A stretch of 64,000 nt of DNA from Candidatus Atelocyanobacterium thalassae (GTDB lineage: Bacteria; Cyanobacteriota; Cyanobacteriia; Cyanobacteriales; Microcystaceae). The DNA lies in NCBI GenBank assembly GCA_051971635.1, contig JBFPLN010000001.1, positions 128,001 to 192,000 on the forward strand, written 5' to 3'. Position 1 is the first letter of the stretch; the number at the start of each line of letters is the position of its first letter. This document shows, piece after piece, positions 11,044-22,115 of this stretch. The position numbers were made by a program, and so were the translations under genes. Below the pieces are notes generated by a model that saw only the letters and a program-made list of their open reading frames with translations, was not told the origin of the DNA and made no database searches.

Positions 11044-11454
11044 GAATAACCTCCTAGCAGTGAACGAGCAATTTAAACTATTGAAAGTTTACTAGAATAA
11101 CTTTTTAATAAGTATATCTACTAACAAAAAGTAGTTTGACTTTACCAATTCAAACAATATGTATAGCAGATTTACCATGAAAAATCAACTTATTCTATTT
11201 TTTAGTAAGTAGTAACTAATTATAGTTTATTCAGAAAGTTTTTATCTATTGATAATGAACTACTTGCTAGTTCTACATTTATTGTTAACTTTTATTAGAA
11301 ATTCATAATTTGCCTAATCTAACATAGGTGACGATAAAATATATAAAATGTTTCGCTAGTATTTTATTATTTTCTAGAATGATGGATAGTCGAAGAATAA
11401 TGAAAATACTTGCTTACAGTCCTTTATGAAAAAACTTAATTGAATCGCTTTAAC

Positions 11455-11540
11455 AAGTTACATAAAATAATAGCTAAACTACCAGATAAACTAAAATTTA
11501 ACTATACGAAAACCAGCTGTAAACATATGATATGAGTTCT
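11455..11540 (-). pseudogene. trmL: Possible C-terminal remnant of trmL (SpoU tRNA methyltransferase)
   Basis: Frameshifted MFTAGFR...LSGSLAIIL resembles the recalled IPMSQPGVRSLNLSVSVAVGL; gshA-trmL-nlpD synteny. Confidence 0.3.
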
Positions 11541-11649
11541 CATAACAAATTTTAAAAAAGAGCATTTGTTATGTCTTTACTAATAATAAATATTGACTAT
11601 ATTGTTTATTTATCAAGCAACATTTTTTTAGATATTTCTGACCTATCAG

Positions 11650-12789
11650 TTAAAAAGTAAACAGCTTTTCTTCTAAGATCTTTTCCTGGCATGCTACAGC
11701 TTCTATTTCCCTACTAACAATTGAAGTAATACTATTACCTAATCGATATTTACGCAACCATTGCTGAGCAAGATTTCCATCTCGTAAAATTTTTTTTATA
11801 GGAGTTAGAAAACAGCTAAATCCATTCTGTTCCGCAATAGGAAAGACCTCTTGATACAGTTTTTCAATCCATTCTTTTGTCTCAATTTTGTTACCATCTT
11901 TCCAGTTATACAACTTAGCATTCAAGCTACGTTTTGCTACTTCTAATTCATTCTGTTGAGTGATATAAAGTAATGATTCAACTGATAGTTGGCTTTTTAA
12001 GAGAGGATTTAGGGATGCAGGATTTTTTATTAACTGTAAAAGACGTGCTTCCAATAACGCAACAACAGATAGTAAAGAAACTGGATCAATTATCAAATCA
12101 CAAATTCTTAGCTCTAAGCGGTTTAAATTATAAGGACGTTCATGTCCATTTGGCCTTACTGAACTCCAAAAATGGCGAACATTTTGCATATTTTGAAGAG
12201 CTAACTGCTTTTCTGTCCAATCGATAAAATGAGCATGACTAATAAAAAAAGGAACTTTTTGGGGAGTTTGTGGAAACATATGCCAACGAGTTGAATGAAA
12301 GCCTGTAACTTCTCCATCAAGAAAAGGAGAAGATGCACTTAAAGCTAAAAAAAGAGGTGCTTCAACTCTTATTAAACTATAGGCATGCATCAACATTTCT
12401 GGATCATTGATTCCTATATTAATATGAATACTTGCTGTTACGACATCCGTTCCATAAGTATTCTCAATATAGCTATGGTAAGAATTTTTAGGATCAGAAC
12501 GGTAGAACCGATTAATGTTATCTCCTAAAGACAAAGTACTTCCTGGCACTACAGTATAGTCACCTATGTCTTCCAAATACTTTCTTAAACGTCTTCGTGG
12601 ATTAATCAAAGCGTATAATAAATTATCGTAATATAGCAAAGGTACAGTAATATACTCGACATTACGACTATCAGGCTCTTTTACGAATCCATTTAGCTCT
12701 TTAGTAATACGATCAGATAATCCTACAATTTTTCCTTGGGATGTGCCTGTATATATCTCGACTTCAATACCCTTAGATAATCGCATCAT
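11650..12789 (-). CDS. gshA: Glutamate--cysteine ligase, cyanobacterial type
   Basis: LSKGIEVEIYTG, EPDSRNVEY, TASIHINIG, SVRPNG..RPYNLNRLELRICD. Confidence 0.9.
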   Translation of the reverse strand: MMRLSKGIEVEIYTGTSQGKIVGLSDRITKELNGFVKEPDSRNVEYITVPLLYYDNLLYALINPRRRLRKYLEDIGDYTVVPGSTLSLGDNINRFYRSDPKNSYHSYIENTYGTDVVTASIHINIGINDPEMLMHAYSLIRVEAPLFLALSASSPFLDGEVTGFHSTRWHMFPQTPQKVPFFISHAHFIDWTEKQLALQNMQNVRHFWSSVRPNGHERPYNLNRLELRICDLIIDPVSLLSVVALLEARLLQLIKNPASLNPLLKSQLSVESLLYITQQNELEVAKRSLNAKLYNWKDGNKIETKEWIEKLYQEVFPIAEQNGFSCFLTPIKKILRDGNLAQQWLRKYRLGNSITSIVSREIEAVACQEKILEEKLFTF

Positions 12790-12834
12790 ATTCCTCTAAT
12801 GTTTTGGATTTTTGGATTCTCTTATTATTTACTT

Positions 12835-13290
12835 ATTATCAATGATTTTATCAATAACTACTAATTATTTATGACGGTTTTCTTCATTAGTAATATTTAT
12901 TAAATAAAACTTGATATATTTTGAACTGGTTTAAAACTTATTTGCAATTAACCACTAATAATTATCTTCATTAGTAAAAAGCGTGTTACTGTTTTAGATT
13001 ACTTTTTTGATAATAGTACTAAGATGTGAATTAAAAATACTTTTTTTCATTAAAGTCTGTTGATATTGATCGAGACTTCATAAAAAAGTTTCATTTAAAA
13101 TGCGATTGTTTAAGAAGATATATTGCTAGTAATTTTGGTTGGATAAACGTAAAAAAGAATAATAAGATCAGATCTTTCTTTCACCACAGCACCATTAGCA
13201 TAATTTTCTCAAAGTTTTTTTAAATGAAAAAAATGATAGGAATTAATTATATGGATATAACAAAGATCTCTATCAAGATTATCATAGTCA
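12835..13290 (-). pseudogene. miaE: Eroded remnant of miaE (tRNA ms2io6A hydroxylase)
   Basis: Ordered frameshifted fragments CGERK, RYPT, LTIA, IISGLI, KFY...EENRH match the recalled MiaE motifs (HCERK, RYPS, LTAIA, LVSGLI, KFY...EARH) with plausible spacing; position upstream of gshA. Confidence 0.5.
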
Positions 13291-13724
13291 AACTTACATA
13301 TTCACTAATTTAATAGTTTTAAAAATAAACTTTTAAATTAGCAAATCATATCTGAAGTCTTAAACCTATTCTTATAAAGCTTTATTATTGAATAATTAAC
13401 TAGTGCGATCGCTTTTGTTAAAAAAGTATAATCAATTTAGGATAATTATTATTAGATAATTTTTTTTGAAAAATCTTAAACATAACAAGTTCTAATTGAA
13501 TCTTTTAGTTCTTTGGTTGCTAATTTAATAACAATTTAAAAATAAGTTCTAAAAATTGGATGATCTAAATTGAACTTAGTGCCAGGAATGATAGATTCTT
13601 AATAATCCAGAAAATAAATAGGTATTAACTGAAAAATTAATACCTTGTTTTTGCTCTAGGATATCTGTAACCTTCTCAAGGTAAAATGAAATTGAAAAAT
13701 CATAATGAGTAATTGAGAATATAC

Positions 13725-15197
13725 ATGAAAATTCATGGAAAGAATACCTCTTTATTAGATTGGACGGGGGATGCAATTGCTATTGGCCTATTTGAAAACG
13801 AAATAAATTTAATAGGAGAACTAGATCAGTTAAATAAAAAAACAGAAGGAATCATACAGGAATTAATAGATGAGACAAGATTTGAAGGAAAGTTAGGTTG
13901 TATTGTAGCAACTCGTATTGGTGGTAATACTCTTATTCGCAAGGTATTTTTGATTGGCTTAGGAAAATCCCAAGAATTTATACCAAATAGTTTACGCTCA
14001 AATATCGCTTCTATTGCTCGCTGCGTGAGAAAAGAACACATTAAAACTCTATGTTTAAAATTTCCTACTTTTGATAATAACCCTAGTTTGACTACAGAAA
14101 TAATCGTTGAAGGGCTATTATTGTCCCTACATCAAGATAACCGGTTTAAATCTAATTCAGAGGATAAACTTTTAGAATTACAAACTATTGATATTTTAGG
14201 GATCGGAGAACAAGTAGAAGCTATTAATCATGCTGAAATAGTCTGTTCTGGAGTAATTATGGCGCGGGAATTGGTAAATGCTCCTGCTAATTATATAAAT
14301 CCTATAACTTTTACCAAAGTTGCCGAAGAATTAGCAGGTGAATACAATTTAACAATTGATATTTTAGAACGAGATGAATGTGCTAAGCTTGGGATGGGGG
14401 CGTTCTTAGGGGTTGCACAAGCATCAGATTTCCCACCTAAATTCATCCATTTGACGTATAAGCCAGAAGAGATACCTACGCGAAAGATAGCTATAGTAGG
14501 CAAAAGTTTAACTTTTGATTCAGGAGGACTTAATTTAAAAAGTTCTAGCAGTGGAATTGAAGTAATGAAAATGGATATGGGGGGTGGCGCAGCTACTTTA
14601 GGTGTTGCTAAAGCTATTGCTCAACTGAAGCCTAATATAGAAGTACACTTTATCTGTGCTGTCACGGAAAATATGATTAGTGGATGTGCAATACACCCTG
14701 GTGACATATTAACTGCATCTAATAGTAAAACTATTGAAGTTAACAATACAGATGCTGAAGGACGCTTAACTTTGGCAGATGCTCTAATATTTGCTGAAAA
14801 GTTAGAAGTGGATGCTATCTTGGATATAGCGACTTTAACTGGTGCTTGTGTCGTAGCTTTAGGAGATAATATTTCTGGACTATGGAGCACAGACAATAAT
14901 TTAATTAATGAAATAAAAACTGCATCAGAAAGATCGGGAGAACATTTTTGGCAGATGCCTATGGAAGATAAATACTTTGAAGGCTTAAAATCTCCTATAG
15001 CTGATATGAAAAATACAGGACCAAGAGCTGCAGGAGCAATTACAGCAGCTTTGTTTTTAAAACAATTCGTTGAAAAAACTCCTTGGTTACATATAGATAT
15101 AGCTGGAACAGCCTGGATTGATAAAGAAAATGGGATCAACAATGTTGGAGCAACTGGTGTCCCGGTACGTACAATTGTCAATTGGCTTGTTAACTAA
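13725..15197 (+). CDS. pepA: Leucyl aminopeptidase (M17)
   Basis: [37 protein letters not shown] motifs; alternative TTG start at 13713. Confidence 0.96.
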   Translation: MKIHGKNTSLLDWTGDAIAIGLFENEINLIGELDQLNKKTEGIIQELIDETRFEGKLGCIVATRIGGNTLIRKVFLIGLGKSQEFIPNSLRSNIASIARCVRKEHIKTLCLKFPTFDNNPSLTTEIIVEGLLLSLHQDNRFKSNSEDKLLELQTIDILGIGEQVEAINHAEIVCSGVIMARELVNAPANYINPITFTKVAEELAGEYNLTIDILERDECAKLGMGAFLGVAQASDFPPKFIHLTYKPEEIPTRKIAIVGKSLTFDSGGLNLKSSSSGIEVMKMDMGGGAATLGVAKAIAQLKPNIEVHFICAVTENMISGCAIHPGDILTASNSKTIEVNNTDAEGRLTLADALIFAEKLEVDAILDIATLTGACVVALGDNISGLWSTDNNLINEIKTASERSGEHFWQMPMEDKYFEGLKSPIADMKNTGPRAAGAITAALFLKQFVEKTPWLHIDIAGTAWIDKENGINNVGATGVPVRTIVNWLVN

Positions 15198-15256
15198 ACT
15201 GATATGAGTAACCTATAAATTAAGTAACCAAGTTGTAGTTGTACTTAATTTTTAGT

Positions 15257-17278
15257 TTATCTTATTTCCGCAATTGCTCCTTTAGCCATTTGTGCTATTG
15301 CTTTATCTGTAGCTGTAGGTAGTTGGTAATATGTACCTCCTGCAGTTGCAGCCAGTTCCTTCCCGAACCCTGTAGAAACAAATTTTTTCTCAGTATCTAT
15401 CACCAATAATTTAATACCTAACATTTTGATTTTACCGGCAATATTTAATAATTCTTCCTTAATATTAGGTTTATCTTCTTGTGATACCTCTTCACCTAAA
15501 GAACGAGACAGTGAAATATTTCCTCGACCATCAGTAATAGCAACAATTACTACTTGACCAATATCGCCCGACATTTTAGCATTCATACCTACCCTAACTG
15601 CCTGAGTTAAGCCATGAGCTAATGGAGAACCTCCACCACAAGGTAAAGTTTCTAATCTTTTTCGTGCAAGAGAAATTGAACGAGTTGGAGGCAACAAAAC
15701 ATCAGCTTGTTCTCCTCTAAAAGGAATTAGTGCAATTTGATCCCTATTTTCATACGCTTCTGTTAAAAGTCTCATAACTGCACCCTTAGCTGATTGCATC
15801 CTATTAAGAGCCATCGAACCAGAGGCATCTACAACAAAGATAATTAGTGCGCCGGCCTTTCTAACTAAGCGTTTAGAACGAATATCTTGTTTCTCAACAA
15901 TAACATTACGCTCAGGGTGACGTAAACGTCGCTTTTTTTGATACGGAGCAGCTACCCTCAAAGTTGCATCAACAGCTATCCGATTTACTTTACCTTTAGG
16001 TAACATAGGTTTGACATAACGTCCTCTATCATTAGAAAAGATTAAGTTACGGCTTCCTGACTTCCCTTGATTTTGGGACTTTTGGGCAAAAGATAATACA
16101 TCAGTATCTATAATGGCTCCTTCAATATCAAAAACAAATTCTTGAGGTACTTCTAGATTTTGCTCTTCTTTCTCATTATTGTCTTCTTCATTATTATCTT
16201 CTGGATTTTCTTCGTTTTCTTCTTGCTCATTAGAGCTTTGCGGCTCTTTAGATGGAGGTGGAGGCGGAGAGTTGCTTTCTTCAGGAGTCTCTTGCATACT
16301 TGAACGAGGAACAATTACTAGCTCTACTGCTTTTCTTAAATCATCAGTACTAACTATATCATTACCGTTCAGTGCGGCTAAAGCTTTTGCAACTTGCGTA
16401 GCAAATATTTCAGCTCTATGCCCTTCAACTCCCCCTCTAAGTGATTCCTCTACTAAATATTGAATTTGGTTACTTTTTATTTTTACTTCCTTTAGCCATT
16501 CTCTAGCCAATATAATATCAGTTTTAATACTATCTAACTCTTCATTATACTTTTTGCTAAATAGTTCTGAAGAATTAGAATAATCAATAACTTGGTTAAC
16601 AGCCTCTACTCGTTGTTCAAGTTTCAACGTACTATCAGAAGAAAGAGCAATTGCTATCCTATCTAATATGTGTTTTCTTAAAGAGCCTTCTTCAGGATTA
16701 TAAGTTGCAATAATAATAGGCTTACAAGGATGCTGAAAACTAATACCTTCTCTTTCAACTTTATTCCAACCTTCTGTTAAAACGGTTAATAATTGATTAG
16801 AGACTTGATCATCTAATAAATTAATTTCGTCAATATATAAAACTCCGCGATGAGCCTGTGCTAGTAACCCAGGTTGAAAAACTGGCTCTCCTGTTTTAAT
16901 AGAGGCTTCTACATCTATTGAGCCTAATAATCTATCTTCTGTTACGCCAAGAGGTAATTGAATGAAAGGGACAGGAATAATTTCTGTAGCAATGGAATCT
17001 AACTCAACATGTAAATATTTTTCTTGTGTATCGGAATCCCATTCTTCAGGAATATTATATTCACAATTAAAAGAATTATTTTTTATTCGTTCGATAGGAG
17101 GTAACAGAGAGTGGATTCCTCTAGCAAGTACTGATTTTGCTGTTCCTCGGCGGCCGGCGATAACTACACCACCTAATTTTAAATCTACTGCTGCTAACAA
17201 TAAGGCTAATTTAATAGATTCTTGTCCAATAACAGCAGTCATGGGAAAACTGGGAGGCGCAGAAATAGGAGTAGACAT
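15257..17278 (-). CDS. chlD: Magnesium chelatase subunit D
   Basis: AAA-like N-terminus ([17 protein letters not shown]), Pro/acidic linker, vWA domain DASGSM...TDGRGN. Confidence 0.96.
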   Translation of the reverse strand: MSTPISAPPSFPMTAVIGQESIKLALLLAAVDLKLGGVVIAGRRGTAKSVLARGIHSLLPPIERIKNNSFNCEYNIPEEWDSDTQEKYLHVELDSIATEIIPVPFIQLPLGVTEDRLLGSIDVEASIKTGEPVFQPGLLAQAHRGVLYIDEINLLDDQVSNQLLTVLTEGWNKVEREGISFQHPCKPIIIATYNPEEGSLRKHILDRIAIALSSDSTLKLEQRVEAVNQVIDYSNSSELFSKKYNEELDSIKTDIILAREWLKEVKIKSNQIQYLVEESLRGGVEGHRAEIFATQVAKALAALNGNDIVSTDDLRKAVELVIVPRSSMQETPEESNSPPPPPSKEPQSSNEQEENEENPEDNNEEDNNEKEEQNLEVPQEFVFDIEGAIIDTDVLSFAQKSQNQGKSGSRNLIFSNDRGRYVKPMLPKGKVNRIAVDATLRVAAPYQKKRRLRHPERNVIVEKQDIRSKRLVRKAGALIIFVVDASGSMALNRMQSAKGAVMRLLTEAYENRDQIALIPFRGEQADVLLPPTRSISLARKRLETLPCGGGSPLAHGLTQAVRVGMNAKMSGDIGQVVIVAITDGRGNISLSRSLGEEVSQEDKPNIKEELLNIAGKIKMLGIKLLVIDTEKKFVSTGFGKELAATAGGTYYQLPTATDKAIAQMAKGAIAEIR

Positions 17279-17465
17279 TAAGAATTTTGTATTTTAAAAA
17301 AGGACAAAGTAATTTTTATTTATTATCTATGATAATCATACTCTGAAAATTTTTAACTAAAAAATAGTTTTTTGTAATGTTTTTTGAGATTTTATATTTT
17401 GATACTTAATTAATTTTTAATATATGAAGCCATACTACATGCAACACGAGCATAATGTAGTTATT

Positions 17466-17512
17466 AAATGAATATTATCTTTATTTTTAATAAATAAAGA
17501 TAATATTCATTT
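17466..17512. repeat. Perfect 21-bp inverted repeat between divergent genes
   Basis: aaatgaatattatctttattt / ttaat / aaataaagataatattcattt. Confidence 0.88.
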
Positions 17513-17612
17513 GTGAGTTTTAAATCATAAAAACCTAAGTAAATAAATTATTATAATCACGTACAATAATCTTAAAGATCCATCTGCAATTACAAAAGAT
17601 TACAAAATCAAT

Positions 17613-18731
17613 ATGTATAGTCTGCTTGAGCATTTTCCTAAGTTAATAAAACAATTCCGTGTCAAGTTGCACAATCTACGTTTTTCATACACAAAGCAAA
17701 ATGAAAAAAATGTAAAGCTATCATCTTCAAACATTCTGAATGATAGTGACTATGAATTTTTATTTAATCAACTATTAGATGGTGTTACGCATGGATGGCA
17801 TGAAGGAAGAATTCTTAAATATTTTGAAGATTTGGAAGAAAGAGGAAAAGCAAAATTGTGGGTATTATGGCTAAATAATTTTAGAGAAAAGGTCCTGTTA
17901 TCTGAAAATTCTGATCTACATCTTGCATCAAAAATGATGCGGCTTGGTGAATTAGCTCAATCTTTTCCCTCGATTGAATCTATTGGAAAGATTTCTTATG
18001 ATATTGGTCAAGAACTTTATGTGAAAAAAACAAAAAGTGAAACTTGGGGGTATATAGACGTTGAAACTTTAAACCTCACAAATAATATTTTAACAGAACC
18101 AATTTTCCCTTCCATATCATTTAAAGAAGAATCTTTAATAGTTGACGATTTAGAACATGTCGTCTTACAAGATGAAGATCTTGTGATTGACTCACCTAAT
18201 AAATCAATTTCTAATCTGGTAAATTCTCAAAGTTTAACTGCAGATACGTCTGCACTGTCTAAAAATTATTTTAAAAGAGGAATGGAAAAATTTAGTTTGA
18301 GAGATTGGGGAGAAGCTATTTTGTTATTGGACAAGGCTCTAGCAATTAATCCTTCTTTTTCTATTGCATGGTACAACCGAGGTAAAGCACTGAGATATTT
18401 AGGAGATAATGATCAGGCAGTTTCAAGTTTTAATAATGCTTTAACTCTCGATCCTCAAAATATAGATTTTCTTGATGCTAAAGCCCAGCTTTTGTATGAC
18501 TTACAAAATTGGTCTGAATCTATCAAAATATGGGATCAAATTTTAAATATTCAACCTTCTAATTATAAGGTTTGGTACAATAAAGGTAGATGTTTAGAAT
18601 CTATGAAACAAATTTCTAAAGCGATAGACAGCTACAAAAAAGCTTTAAAAATAGTCCCTAATCTTAAGCCAGTTTTGAAGCGACTTCGAAAATTGTATGA
18701 TATTAAACATAGTTTCCAAACTATAGATTAA
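17613..18731 (+). CDS. Tetratricopeptide repeat protein
   Basis: C-terminal TPRs (AWYNRGKAL, VWYNKGRCL); N-terminal cyanobacterial DYEFLFNQLLDGV.HGW block. Confidence 0.85.
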   Translation: MYSLLEHFPKLIKQFRVKLHNLRFSYTKQNEKNVKLSSSNILNDSDYEFLFNQLLDGVTHGWHEGRILKYFEDLEERGKAKLWVLWLNNFREKVLLSENSDLHLASKMMRLGELAQSFPSIESIGKISYDIGQELYVKKTKSETWGYIDVETLNLTNNILTEPIFPSISFKEESLIVDDLEHVVLQDEDLVIDSPNKSISNLVNSQSLTADTSALSKNYFKRGMEKFSLRDWGEAILLLDKALAINPSFSIAWYNRGKALRYLGDNDQAVSSFNNALTLDPQNIDFLDAKAQLLYDLQNWSESIKIWDQILNIQPSNYKVWYNKGRCLESMKQISKAIDSYKKALKIVPNLKPVLKRLRKLYDIKHSFQTID

Positions 18732-18752
18732 AGTAGTTGAATAATTTTTTTT

Positions 18753-19403
18753 ATGGACTCTCAATTACGTGTATATGTCCCCGATCATCCTCTAATTAAG
18801 CATTGGCTAGGAATAGCTCGAGATATTAATACTCCAAATATTTTATTTAAAACAGCTATAGTCGAAATTGGTCGTTGGTTAACTTATGAAGCAACTAGAT
18901 ATTGGTTTCCCATTATAGAAACAACTGTTCAAGGAACTTTAAGTACTTCCTCAATAGCACTAATTAATTCTCAAATACCAATTGCTGTTGTTCCTGTTCT
19001 TCGTACAGGACTAGTTTTATTAGAAGGAGCGCAAACCTTACTTCCTTTGGCTAATATTTATCACCTTGGACTTGAAAAGGATAGTAAAAACTCAGAAATA
19101 ACTTGTTATTTGAATAAACTACCTCAAAGGTTTACAGAATCAACTCAAATAATCATTCTAGACCCCGTTCTTGATACAGGAGAACGAATTATGAAAACAT
19201 TGTCAGAGCTTGTTCAACGTGGAGCAGACTTGGGCTTAGTGCGTATTATTTCTGTAGTTGTTACTCCTAAAGCATTACAAAAATTAAATCTTCAATATCC
19301 TGTTTTAAATATTTATACTGCTGCTATTGATGAGAAAATTGATGACAGTGGTAATATTATCCCTGGATTAGGAGATGTTGAGAATAGAGCTTTTGGAAGT
19401 TAA
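18753..19403 (+). CDS. upp: Uracil phosphoribosyltransferase (motifs degenerate)
   Basis: LRVYVPDHPLIKHWL, GRWLTYEA, IYTAAID...IIPGLGD. Confidence 0.9.
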   Translation: MDSQLRVYVPDHPLIKHWLGIARDINTPNILFKTAIVEIGRWLTYEATRYWFPIIETTVQGTLSTSSIALINSQIPIAVVPVLRTGLVLLEGAQTLLPLANIYHLGLEKDSKNSEITCYLNKLPQRFTESTQIIILDPVLDTGERIMKTLSELVQRGADLGLVRIISVVVTPKALQKLNLQYPVLNIYTAAIDEKIDDSGNIIPGLGDVENRAFGS

Positions 19404-19408
19404 AAAAA

Positions 19409-19450
19409 TTATTTCAGGTTAGTCTTTTAGTAAAGACTAACCTGAAATAA
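19409..19450 (+). terminator. Perfect 19-bp hairpin right after upp
   Basis: ttatttcaggttagtcttt / tagt / aaagactaacctgaaataa. Confidence 0.7.
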
Positions 19451-19646
19451 AGAAAAAAATAGCAAAAGTCAAAATTAGTAACTACTATAGAGTTTCAAAA
19501 TTATAATTTTCCTGCCTCCTAACAGTAAAGTTTTGTAGTCACTGAGTTAGGAGTATTTTTACCTTAATTTTGTTGAGATTGATTTTTTTCATAAAAAAGG
19601 TTGCCAAAAATATCATTTTATTGTTAAGATTACTGAGTGGTTTTAA

Positions 19647-19718
19647 TCCTCAGTAGCTCAGTGGTAGAGCGGTCGGCTGTTAACCGATTGGTCGTAGGTT
19701 CGAATCCTACCTGGGGAG
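19647..19718 (+). tRNA. tRNA-Asn (GTT)
   Basis: TCCTCAGTAGCTCAGTGGTAGAGCGGTCGGCTGTTAACCGATTGGTCGTAGGTTCGAATCCTACCTGGGGAG. Confidence 0.96.
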
Positions 19719-19752
19719 TCTCTTTACTAATATCCCGACTAACGATTTAATT

Positions 19753-19790
19753 TATACCAGCATGTCTTAAGATATGCTGGTATATTTTTG
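19753..19790 (+). terminator. Terminator hairpin after tRNA-Asn
   Basis: tataccagcat...atgctggtata followed by a T run. Confidence 0.65.
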
Positions 19791-19878
19791 TTATAAAAAT
19801 ATGGTATTTAATGTATTTTAAAAATTATGGTACAAAATTGAATAAATATGTTATACTCAAGCTCGAGAAACCTAAGTA

Positions 19879-19982
19879 TTCGGTAGTAGATTTTGTTATC
19901 AGCATTGACGGGTATACCCCTTTCAGCCTTTGTACGATTCTCTCCGATCACTCAATCTCTACACATTTGCAAATTACGGAGA
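19879..19982 (+). promoter_or_regulatory. rbp-type 5'-UTR with Box III/II/I and anti-RBS pairing
   Basis: TTCGGTAG (19879), TTTGTTATCAGC (19892), TCTCCGAT (19941) complementary to the RBS TACGGAGA (19975). Confidence 0.65.
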
Positions 19983-19990
19983 TAATCTGA

Positions 19991-20278
19991 ATGTCTATTT
20001 ATGTAGGAAATCTATCCTATGATGTAACTAAAGAAGACCTTAACGAAGTTTTTACAGACTACGGTGAGGTCAAGCGTGTTCATATTCCAACAGATCGTGA
20101 TACTGGACGTATGCGTGGCTTCGCTTTCGTAGAAATGAATTCTGACGATCAAGAAGAGCAAGCCATCTCTACTCTAGATGGAGCAGAATGGATGGGACGT
20201 ACTTTAAAAGTAAACAAAGCTAAAGAACGTGAGCCTCGTGGCTCCTTCAATGGTGGTAGAGGACGTGGACGCTTCTAG
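19991..20278 (+). CDS. rbpA: RRM RNA-binding protein (Rbp), Gly-rich tail
   Basis: RNP2 IYVGNL, RNP1 RGFAFVEM, C-terminal GGRGRGRF. Confidence 0.93.
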   Translation: MSIYVGNLSYDVTKEDLNEVFTDYGEVKRVHIPTDRDTGRMRGFAFVEMNSDDQEEQAISTLDGAEWMGRTLKVNKAKEREPRGSFNGGRGRGRF

Positions 20279-20300
20279 AGATAAGCGACACTAAACTACT

Positions 20301-20350
20301 AAACAAATAGGAGTAGGGAATTTAGGTTTCCTACTCCTATTTGTTTTAAA
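20301..20350 (+). terminator. Rho-independent terminator after rbp
   Basis: aaacaaataggagtagg...cctactcctatttgttt, 17-bp stem ending in T-rich sequence. Confidence 0.8.
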
Positions 20351-20927
20351 CTTTTACTTTTGTTAGTTACCTATAACTATAACCAATTAAGTCTATACTA
20401 ATTAAAATAATTCCTTCTTGCTATTCAAGATTTATATATCATAGCCATCAAAAGTGATATTATTTTAGATTTAGAATATTTCGCTTAAATAGCAAACATA
20501 AAATTAATTACTTACTATTAGAATATTTCTTAAGTTCTACTCTTTGAATATAAAAATCTGAGTTTCTTTCTTTAGTTAAATTATTCTATAAACTATATTA
20601 TCGTAATTATTTTTACTGTAATATACAGGACATCTTAATAAAGATAAGTACTTGAAAATAATACTCACACCATATAAATAATGGAACTTTGGCCCAAAAA
20701 AAACGTCTGGGACTAAACGAAAATCATTTTATAAGATTAAAGAATTAAGTTTATTTTGAAGATATCTAATACCATTTGAAATTAAACATTGATCTCTAAA
20801 TTAGTTAAATTTTTTAAAATGTAACACTATCTTACAAGCTTACTAATAAGCTTAAATATCTTTTATATCTAACCTTATATTAGAAACTAACTGAAAACAT
20901 ATTTAATTTTAATTGGAAAATATAATT

Positions 20928-22088
20928 ATGAGACAACTTAAAAAATGGTTAAAAAATAAACTTGTTAAAATTTTAGTACCAGAAATTGATCAGCAGTTAG
21001 GAATTAATCAAAAACTTGAAGAGATAGGGCTATATGGAACAGCACCATGGTATAGAGAAAATCTTTGGGAACCTACTGTACAACTAGTCTTAAGAGATTT
21101 ATGTCTTCCTGGAGATACAGTTTTCGACGTAGGAGCAAATTTTGCTGGTTTAACAACCATTATGTCTCGTATGGTCGGTCCTAAAGGAATAGTCTGTTCT
21201 TTTGAAGCTAGCCCTCGAATTGTAGATAAATGTCAAAGAAATATCATCAATAACGGATGCAGTAACACACAGCTATTTCATTCAGCTGTTTATTCAAAAT
21301 CCTATGAAAAAGTTCCTCTGTATTTAGGTAGCCACCTTAATGATAGCATTTACAAAGATTATTCTATTGGGGAGGCTGCTTATGAAATTCCTACCATTGC
21401 TTTAGATGATTTTGTTGAACATACCAAATTAACACCCAATCTTGTTAAGATGGATATTGAAGGGGCAGAATTTGATGCAATACAAGGAATGGAAAAAACC
21501 ATTAGATCTGCCAAGCCTCATTTAATTTTAGAAACTCAAGCTGAAGATAGCCGATGCTTAGATTTCCTATCTGCACTTGGTTATATTTCAATTGATTTAA
21601 ATACTTACAAGATCATTAAAACTCCTGAAGATTATCCATCAGGTGTAGGAATAAGAAATAATTTATACATCCATCAAGATAGGCTATCAGAAACTCCTTA
21701 CAATCCACCTTTTAACTTTAAAACAATTACTACTTTAGAATCTAATCATTTCAAAAAAGGAAAAGATGGTTCTATAAATCTTCAAACGCCATTAAGTCTT
21801 AGTAAAGGTAGATATTTAATTGACGTGATGTTTACTGCTGAAGGAACTGATAATGATTTAACTTGTGGGGTTAATATAGCTGGAAAGTCAATCTTCCGTT
21901 ATCATGCATATAGTAGCTTGCTTGCGTCTCACTATCGTGATTGGGTAATTCATATCTCCAGTGATTCAGACATTGATTTATACTTTAATTTTCTTAATCA
22001 AACATTTGATGGTACCTTATCAATCCAGGGAGCTACAATAACGGAAATTTTAGACTTTAAAAATACATCTACTAATCTATACATATAA
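20928..22088 (+). CDS. FkbM family SAM-dependent methyltransferase with C-terminal beta-rich domain
   Basis: VFDVGANFAG, SFEASP, LVKMDIEGAE motifs. Confidence 0.88.
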   Translation: MRQLKKWLKNKLVKILVPEIDQQLGINQKLEEIGLYGTAPWYRENLWEPTVQLVLRDLCLPGDTVFDVGANFAGLTTIMSRMVGPKGIVCSFEASPRIVDKCQRNIINNGCSNTQLFHSAVYSKSYEKVPLYLGSHLNDSIYKDYSIGEAAYEIPTIALDDFVEHTKLTPNLVKMDIEGAEFDAIQGMEKTIRSAKPHLILETQAEDSRCLDFLSALGYISIDLNTYKIIKTPEDYPSGVGIRNNLYIHQDRLSETPYNPPFNFKTITTLESNHFKKGKDGSINLQTPLSLSKGRYLIDVMFTAEGTDNDLTCGVNIAGKSIFRYHAYSSLLASHYRDWVIHISSDSDIDLYFNFLNQTFDGTLSIQGATITEILDFKNTSTNLYI

Positions 22089-22115
22089 AATTTTCCAAAA
22101 AATTACTATAATACT

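Noticed and set aside
13576..13776. 66-aa minus-strand ORF overlapping the pepA start
   Set aside because: No motif and no clear RBS; it overlaps pepA.
20400..20900. Possible pseudogene remnant upstream of the FkbM gene
   Set aside because: Slightly GC-richer patches exist, but I could not match them to any family.
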